A stretch of 64,000 bases of DNA from Candidatus Bathyarchaeia archaeon (lineage in GTDB: Archaea; Thermoproteota; Bathyarchaeia; Bathyarchaeales; Bathycorpusculaceae), in the NCBI GenBank assembly GCA_050015395.1, contig JBEKBM010000005.1, positions 1 through 64,000 of the forward strand, in the 5' to 3' direction. The notes under the pieces are model-generated. The model was not told the origin of the DNA, ran no database searches, and saw only the letters and a program-made list of their open reading frames with translations. The number at the start of each line of letters is the position of its first letter. The first letter of the stretch is position 1. Of the stretch, positions 57,756 through 64,000 are shown one piece after another. A program made the position numbers and the translations under genes.

Positions 57756-60086
57756 TTAGCCTGTGCCTGTTGTGCCCGTCGCGGTATAGTATGCTGGATA
57801 GTCAATTTTGTATATGGCTACTAACGGTATTAATCCGCCGTATTGGAATGGCGATGTATTTAGGCCAGCGAAGTAAGCTTCTGTGAAGTACGTTGGCGTT
57901 GTAGTTGTTGTACTTGGCGTAATGCTGACTCCTGCGGCAGTCCATTCGTTGCAATATGTTACCTCTGCATAGTTCATCAATTCGTATATTGTACAGTTAC
58001 CTCCTTGGTTATTCCATACCCACTGCCCAGTTGTTGAACTAGTATTGCCAAATGCTGTGTCAGCCTTCCATACTGTTGATGTTGTTGCACTCATGTAGCC
58101 ATTTTGTATGTACCATTGCTCTGCTGTTCCTGAAATGCTTGCCATCCACTCCCATTTTCCTTCATCTCCATATCCCGCAGGACTTGCAGTGTATCCTGTG
58201 CCGCTGCTTGACTGGGATAGTGCGAGGACGGTGAAGACGAGGATGTAGTTGACCCGTCCAGGATTATTATAGTTCTCATAGTTAGACAGCATTTGCATTG
58301 ACTGGTTTTCATTGCCCATCATTATGAAGCCTACGTTTTCGATTTGTGTGGTATTGTACGTAGTGTTATCGCACAAAGTTGTTACGTTTCCAATATCGCT
58401 TAACCAGTCGCCGTAGTCCCACCAAGCAACTACCACATTATTCGAGGGAACGTTGCTTTGTATCCAACTTAACGCGTCACGCCATGCACTTACTGATGTA
58501 GTAAGGCTTGCACCGCCTATCGGAAGGCTTGATGCACTAATTGCTGTTGGCACGAAAGATACGTTGATGGATCTTGGAACTCCGCCAGCAGTTTGTGGTG
58601 AGAAAGCGAAGCACGTTACCAGAATAAGGAATATCAGAAAGACTGCGACACCGCTGTATTCCTTACTTACACGCGCCATTCTACGTTTTGTTTTTGCGAG
58701 AGTATGTGGCGCTTCTTTTAGTAAAGTGTAAAACGGTTGTATTAGGCCCAGAACACCTATTCCTGCTATGATTGCATAGGCTGGAGCAAAGATTGCCAGT
58801 AAGCGAATCATTGAAGCGGCAAAGAAGAGCGCTGTTACAGCGAAAACTATCAGGAAGATGTTTCTGGTTGTTGGATTTTTTAATATGAAGTAAAAGCCGA
58901 TGAGGAAGAATAGGATGCTTATGCCGAGTTCGATGTAAACGTCTCCCCAAGCTGTAATTTGTTGTTCAGCCACTGAATTGATAATAGGTGAACTTGCTCT
59001 GATAAAGGGATCTAAAACTGTGCTGAATTTTCCTTCAAGGCCACTGCCAGTAATGAATCCAGTTACATATAATGTGAAAAAACCGCCGACAATTACAACT
59101 AGTGAGGTAATAGCTAGAAGCATCTTGCTCCTCAAAGATATATTATTCCGCAAAAGTTCTGCAATGAGAAGCAAGACGAATCCTCCAGCGACTGGAATTA
59201 CTGCACCTGACGTTAAGTAGGTAAGTCCCAGATAGGGAACTATTGCTGCTATATATAATGCTAAGCCAAAAGTTATGCTGTAGCTAAGCAGAAGCCGTGG
59301 ATTATACCTCTTCAATAGAACTATAACAAAAACGAATAGTACGGTCATGTCAATCATGTAGTATGCTCCACCCCAGCCTGCTATGAAATATGCTAAGGAG
59401 GCAGCAGCGCCTAACGAGTACAATATGGATGCACGTAATGACCTATTGTTGTCAATAGATCTTAGGAATAAGAATACAAATAATATAAGACCAATCGTAC
59501 CCGGGACTTGTGTGTCAAAGAATCCAAGAGATGTTCTTTCGATGATTGACGGTTCTAACGCCAAGAATAACGCAGATAATAAACCAACCGTTCTTCCACC
59601 AATGTCCTTGCCTAAAAAATACATTACCAGAACTGAAATCACACCAACTACGGGCGGTATCATTGCGCAAAGTGTCATTAAATTAACGTTTGCGCCTAAC
59701 GCTTTGATGACGTCGTAGATTGCTGCTCCTGTTATAGGTATTGATGGCAAAGCGGTAGCCATGTTAAGTCCGAAAGGATACCACAATTGATTGTTGATCC
59801 AGTGTGTCGGATAATAAGGTGAAAGCAAACCGTGATTTACCATGTATTGTGTTACGCTGAATTGATAGTAAGGGTCAAACTCGTTAAGAAGGGATGTTCC
59901 TCCGGAGAGATTTTCCCAGCGTAAAGGTAAAATGCGGACAATAAATGCAACAAAGAGTATTAGAGCTAACGCAGAATATGCGATTATTTGTCCGTGACTT
60001 AGTTCCATGCGTAATCTACTGAAAGGTGACAGCCTTTTACTAAGCCGATCTTTAATTCCTTCTCCCACTTTAAGCCATCTCTCCAC
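57756..60086 (-). CDS. aglB: Oligosaccharyltransferase AglB/STT3
   Basis: EFDPY, GFFD, SVAEQ, WWDYG, DNTT.N, DEGKWEWM (DK motif). Confidence 0.95.
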   Translation of the reverse strand: MERWLKVGEGIKDRLSKRLSPFSRLRMELSHGQIIAYSALALILFVAFIVRILPLRWENLSGGTSLLNEFDPYYQFSVTQYMVNHGLLSPYYPTHWINNQLWYPFGLNMATALPSIPITGAAIYDVIKALGANVNLMTLCAMIPPVVGVISVLVMYFLGKDIGGRTVGLLSALFLALEPSIIERTSLGFFDTQVPGTIGLILFVFLFLRSIDNNRSLRASILYSLGAAASLAYFIAGWGGAYYMIDMTVLFVFVIVLLKRYNPRLLLSYSITFGLALYIAAIVPYLGLTYLTSGAVIPVAGGFVLLLIAELLRNNISLRSKMLLAITSLVVIVGGFFTLYVTGFITGSGLEGKFSTVLDPFIRASSPIINSVAEQQITAWGDVYIELGISILFFLIGFYFILKNPTTRNIFLIVFAVTALFFAASMIRLLAIFAPAYAIIAGIGVLGLIQPFYTLLKEAPHTLAKTKRRMARVSKEYSGVAVFLIFLILVTCFAFSPQTAGGVPRSINVSFVPTAISASSLPIGGASLTTSVSAWRDALSWIQSNVPSNNVVVAWWDYGDWLSDIGNVTTLCDNTTYNTTQIENVGFIMMGNENQSMQMLSNYENYNNPGRVNYILVFTVLALSQSSSGTGYTASPAGYGDEGKWEWMASISGTAEQWYIQNGYMSATTSTVWKADTAFGNTSSTTGQWVWNNQGGNCTIYELMNYAEVTYCNEWTAAGVSITPSTTTTTPTYFTEAYFAGLNTSPFQYGGLIPLVAIYKIDYPAYYTATGTTGTG

Positions 60087-60189
60087 ACATTAATTGCGAT
60101 TTTCTGTTTAATTCTTAATTTATACACATTGGACATTTATTTATGGCTTTCCAAAATGAACTGACATAGCTTGGTGGCTAATGCAGTTT

Positions 60190-60209
60190 GATTATATTGC
60201 AATATAATC
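60190..60209. promoter_or_regulatory. Perfect 20-bp palindrome GATTATATTGCAATATAATC upstream of aglB
   Basis: Exact inverted repeat. Confidence 0.45.
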
Positions 60210-60451
60210 CACTAGCTAAACTATATAGCCTTTTTTTAACCGAACTCTAAATTCCCAGCTAAAACAGGCAAAAAAGTCGTCGTCAGAAACCCTAAAGGTC
60301 AACAAACGATAACCATATTTTTCTTCACTATGAACCATGTTTTGGACAGACGTTGCATAAACTTACTTAGCGACTTACCATTCTGGTTTTGGCAGCTTCC
60401 CAACGCTCTTCTGGTAGGTTTAATCGAAGCTTTTGGTGAGCGTACCCTAAT

Positions 60452-60625
60452 CTATCGACGCTTAATTATGGGTTTAACTTCAACCTCTATAGGTAACAAT
60501 GAAAGTTTCCTATTACATGCTGGGCATTTTCCACTATTTTGCGAAATAATTTCGTCTGGTGGTTTAAGCTCACTGCCTTCATATAAAACATGATTGCATC
60601 CATGGCAAATAACTCGTTGCGGCAT
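60452..60625 (-). CDS. 57-aa zinc-ribbon microprotein (MPQRVICHGCNHVLYEGSELKPPDEIISQNSGKCPACNRKLSLLPIEVEVKPIIKRR)
   Basis: Not in track; CxxC...CPxC pair; ATG at 60625, TAG at 60452-60454. Confidence 0.8.
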   Translation of the reverse strand: MPQRVICHGCNHVLYEGSELKPPDEIISQNSGKCPACNRKLSLLPIEVEVKPIIKRR

Positions 60626-61009
60626 CCCAAATCCCCCGATAATAACATGCTATGGCATATTTATTAGTTGCTAAACAAAATTAACCCTTAGCTAAGACTG
60701 TGCTTGTCAAGTAACTGCAAAGGTATGTATTTTGTTCTTGGTTTTTGTTTTAGGCTATTTGTGTGTGCTCAGCCTACCTACCCGGTCTACTAGATGCTTC
60801 TAATATGCTTCAAATATGATTCAACATAGTTCTGCATGGAACCGACGACGGTGTTTTTCATTGCTTTTCAATGCTTTTCAACATGCTAACCTGTTTTTTT
60901 GATGTAGAGGAAAAACACTAAAAAAAGAAAAAACAAGAACTAATAGATACCTGCAAAGTTTATTTTAAGAAGGACTATTGGAATGTTAAAGCGTGTGGTT
61001 TAACAGCCC

Positions 61010-63085
61010 TTGGGAAAATACAAGTTAATCGTTACTGAAAAACCTGATGCCGCAAACAGAATAGCTATGGCTTTGGACACCGATGGGAAAGCCAAAAAAA
61101 TAGTTGATAGCGGCGTTCCATATTATCAAGCATACAGAAACGGCGATTTAGTTGTCGTTCCAGCCATCGGGCACCTATACACTGTTGCAAGCAAGGAAAA
61201 AGCTAAACGGGATTATCCAGTTTTCGATTATCACTGGGTTCCAAGATACCTAGCTGAACGGGGCGCATCAAAGATCCGTGTTTGGCTAAATGTAATTGCT
61301 AAACTAGCAGAAAACGCTGAAGAGTTCGTAGATGCTTGCGACTTTGACATTGAAGGCAGCATCATAGGCTACTGCATACTCAAGTACGCTTGCGGTAGCA
61401 AGGAAAAAACTGCCAAACGCATGAAATACTCCACACTCACAACAGAGGAACTGCAAGAATCTTACGCTCACTTATTGCCGCATTTGGATTTTGCTCTTGT
61501 TGAGGCTGGATTGACAAGGCATGAAATAGATTGGCTCTACGGCATAAACCTGTCTAGAGCCTTAACAATGGCTGTGAAAAGCAGTAGTGGACAATATGCT
61601 ACACTCAGCACTGGTAGAGTGCAAGGGCCAACCCTCAAATTTCTTGAAGATCGAGAAAAAACCATAAAGTGCTTCGTGCCCGTTCCCTACTGGAGCATAA
61701 CCGCTAAAATAATCATAAACGACACAGCATACGAAGCTGAATACGAAAAAATCCTCGAAAGCAAGCAAGAAGCAACGGCAGTAATGGATGCCTGCAAAAC
61801 CAAAGAAGGCCAAATAGAAACAATAGCTCTAAAAGAGTTTGAGCAGAACCCACCAGTACCCTTTGACTTGGGCGCTTTGCAAAGTGAAGCTTACAGAAAT
61901 TTCCACTTTACGCCGATGCATGCTTCAAACATAGCTCAGCACCTGTACTTAGACGCATTAATCTCTTATCCCAGAACAAGTAGCCAAAAGCTTCCGCCAG
62001 CAATCGGCTACGAAGCCGTATTAAGAAAACTAGCTAAACTGCCTGCTTACGGGAAACAGGCAGCTGACCTGCTCTCTAAACCAGTTTTGAAGCCAAATGA
62101 AGGAGAAAAAGCCGACCCAGCGCATCCAGCCATTTACCCGACTGGGAACCTGCCCGAGAAACCCCTTGGCACAGCTGAAAGAAATATTTTCGATCTTATC
62201 ATACGCAGGTTCATGGCTGTTTTCGGTGAGCCTGCCATTCGTCAAAGCACGAAAGCAACAATTAGCATCAGCGGGAATCTTTTTCACTTGAACGGAATGC
62301 GAACGTTAAGTGAAGGGTGGCTTCGATTTTACAAACCCTATGTTCAACTGGAAGATGTGACCTTGCCTCCTTTAACCCAAGGACAAAAAATCACTGTTAA
62401 AAGAGTAGTTGTGAAAAATAATTTTACTAAACCACCCGCAAGGTATAACCCTCGCACTTTACTTTTGAAAATGGAAAAAGAGGATATAGGCACCAAAGCA
62501 ACGAGGGCAGCAACAATACAAACGTTATACGACCGCAAATACCTTCGCGGGACGGATAGTCTTGCCGTTTCTGACCTTGGCTTTGAAGTCATCGAAATCC
62601 TCGCAAAGTATTGTCCAGCCGTTGTCTCACCTGAACTAACTAGAAAGCTTGAGGAGAAGATGAATGAAATCCAGCAAGGAAAAGAAACAAAAGAAGCTGT
62701 ATTGCAAAACGCCGTTGAAATCTTAAAGCCAGTCCTATTAGAGCTTAAGGAGAAAGAATCAGTTATAGGCGAACAATTAAGTCAAGCGTTGAAAAAAGCT
62801 CGGCTTGAAGAAAGAATAGTTGGTGCATGCCCAAAATGTGCTGATGGAAAACTAGTTATTTTGCGCTCGAAAAAAACTGGTAAACGTTTTGTTGGCTGTA
62901 CAAACTATTTCGAAGGTAAATGCAACGTAACTTTTCCGCTACCTCAAAGTGGTACAGTAAAACCGTTAAATAACACTTGCAAAAGCTGTGGGTGCCCCAT
63001 ATTGCATGTGTGGATGAAAGGGAAGAGATCTTGGAAATTATGCCTAAATCCTAATTGTCCCTCAAAAGGAGCGAGCAACCAGTGA
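61010..63085 (+). CDS. topA: Type IA DNA topoisomerase
   Basis: TEKP, GHL, DFDIEG, STGRVQGPTL, SYPRT, AHPAIYPT, GTKATR, C-terminal Zn fingers. Confidence 0.96.
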   Translation: MGKYKLIVTEKPDAANRIAMALDTDGKAKKIVDSGVPYYQAYRNGDLVVVPAIGHLYTVASKEKAKRDYPVFDYHWVPRYLAERGASKIRVWLNVIAKLAENAEEFVDACDFDIEGSIIGYCILKYACGSKEKTAKRMKYSTLTTEELQESYAHLLPHLDFALVEAGLTRHEIDWLYGINLSRALTMAVKSSSGQYATLSTGRVQGPTLKFLEDREKTIKCFVPVPYWSITAKIIINDTAYEAEYEKILESKQEATAVMDACKTKEGQIETIALKEFEQNPPVPFDLGALQSEAYRNFHFTPMHASNIAQHLYLDALISYPRTSSQKLPPAIGYEAVLRKLAKLPAYGKQAADLLSKPVLKPNEGEKADPAHPAIYPTGNLPEKPLGTAERNIFDLIIRRFMAVFGEPAIRQSTKATISISGNLFHLNGMRTLSEGWLRFYKPYVQLEDVTLPPLTQGQKITVKRVVVKNNFTKPPARYNPRTLLLKMEKEDIGTKATRAATIQTLYDRKYLRGTDSLAVSDLGFEVIEILAKYCPAVVSPELTRKLEEKMNEIQQGKETKEAVLQNAVEILKPVLLELKEKESVIGEQLSQALKKARLEERIVGACPKCADGKLVILRSKKTGKRFVGCTNYFEGKCNVTFPLPQSGTVKPLNNTCKSCGCPILHVWMKGKRSWKLCLNPNCPSKGASNQ

Positions 63086-63306
63086 AATGCAAAATTTGCA
63101 GTAGCGAAGAACAAGAAAACGGTTTCTGCATATTGCATTTAAAGGCTTACCAAAATGTCATCGAAAAATTTAATGTCTGGAGGGAAGCATCGGGTATACT
63201 TTGGATTGATTATTTAGTTGAGATTCAGAAAAATTCATTAACTGGAGAATGGGCTAAAGAAGTAGTAAAACACCTAATCAAGGAAGAGAATAGAAATGTC
63301 AAGTAA
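63082..63306 (+). CDS. Small Cys-containing hypothetical protein
   Basis: CKIC...FC..H; GTG overlaps the topA stop. Confidence 0.65.
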   Translation: MKCKICSSEEQENGFCILHLKAYQNVIEKFNVWREASGILWIDYLVEIQKNSLTGEWAKEVVKHLIKEENRNVK

Positions 63307-63718
63307 AATAAAGAAGCGCTCTTCATCTGTATCCTTTTCGCTGAGTCGATGGTTCCGCAGAATTTCAACAACTACTCCTTCATCACTCATAATTACTGTT
63401 GTTGGAATTTTATACGCCATCTTTATTTTTGGTGGTGGCTTGTTTACTCTTATTGAGCGTCCTCGACCCTCAGCCTACGTTAATGGGGTTTTCTATTTCC
63501 TCTATCCAAGTATCAGTTCACAATTCATATCAGACACTGTAATTGCGGCAATATTGTATGGTTTTGGTTTCATCGGTCTGTTTGTTATTTATCAAAGTAC
63601 CAAGAGCGCTTACAACCCAAGGCAAGCTTACATGATGCTAGTCATAGGCGTAGCATTTTTGTTTCTTTCATACATATTCTTGGAAGGCGCGATTGCTTTC
63701 AAAACATCTGGCGGATAA
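63296..63718 (+). CDS. OST3/OST6-family (OSTC/DC2-like) 3-TM protein
   Basis: FIFGGGLF..IE.P, Q F..D...A..L...G..G, LVIG...LSY...K..G align by eye to eukaryotic DC2/OSTC. Confidence 0.62.
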   Translation: MSSKIKKRSSSVSFSLSRWFRRISTTTPSSLIITVVGILYAIFIFGGGLFTLIERPRPSAYVNGVFYFLYPSISSQFISDTVIAAILYGFGFIGLFVIYQSTKSAYNPRQAYMMLVIGVAFLFLSYIFLEGAIAFKTSGG

Positions 63719-63747
63719 CTCTGCCTTTTTTCCATAGGTTTTTCTTT

Positions 63748-64000
63748 TTACCAAGGGTTTCTTTTTAGTTTCATTTTGTATGCTAAGAAATTTGTTAATA
63801 AATGAATAGGCGGAGTAATCAGCAAAACTGTAACTGCCAATTCCCAATTTACAATGGCTAAAGGAACCGAAAACACGATTGCACCAATGGCAAAGTCAAC
63901 TTGGTCAACTATAGGAAGTGAACCTCCAGGAGCAATCCCTAATCTTCTCTTTAAAAAAGCGCCTGCCAAATCGCCTAAAAGCGCCCCTAAAGGAATCAGC
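63748..64000 (-). CDS. carS: CDP-archaeol synthase, C-terminal part (truncated by window edge)
   Basis: GD..GAF.KRRLG...G...P..DQ.DF, H...N..AY....K..PW. Confidence 0.88.
   Translation of the reverse strand, partial: LIPLGALLGDLAGAFLKRRLGIAPGGSLPIVDQVDFAIGAIVFSVPLAIVNWELAVTVLLITPPIHLLTNFLAYKMKLKRNPW

Noticed and set aside
60087-61009. Replication origin in the long AT-rich spacer
   Set aside because: No ORB-like repeats or cdc6/orc1 nearby, and part of the spacer is a small coding gene.

Overview
Archaeal chromosomal segment, most consistent with Bathyarchaeia (TACK). This is inferred from crenarchaeal-type PolB1, AglB/AglH, thermosome, prefoldin-beta/DUF3194/DHH/ECF synteny, archaeal CobT/CobY/CobZ and CarS. 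No rRNA, full tRNA, CRISPR array or transposase was seen. (1) 1-25 kb is a mixed cluster. It holds late cobamide genes (cobD, cobZ, cobT, cobS, cobY), a second motif-altered cobS/cobY pair and three DUF71 PP-loop ATPases. It also holds four radical SAM enzymes (two B12-binding class B, one SPASM type resembling the GMGT-synthase family, one tetraether synthase Tes-like), a divergent DGGGP-synthase-like UbiA, five glycosyltransferases, an epimerase, DUF362 and a methyltransferase. This is a candidate B12-dependent ether-lipid tailoring system. (2) 25-35 kb is housekeeping genes plus an acyltransferase-3/SGNH pair and a PAC4-like protein. (3) 35-41 kb and 53.5-54 kb carry stress/storage genes (GT4, six-hairpin, two GH130, Csp3-like, ChaB-like and KGG microproteins missed by the ORF track). 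Three of their promoters share a 22-bp palindrome exactly 6 nt upstream of a TTAA box, a candidate new regulon. (4) A ~100-bp dispersed element with a 23-nt period occurs twice, 43 kb apart. (5) 48.7-52 kb is an accessory islet after a tRNA 3'-end remnant. (6) 54-64 kb carries polB1, aglH, aglB, topA, an OSTC/DC2-like protein and partial carS. All family calls are from motif recognition by eye; no searches were run.
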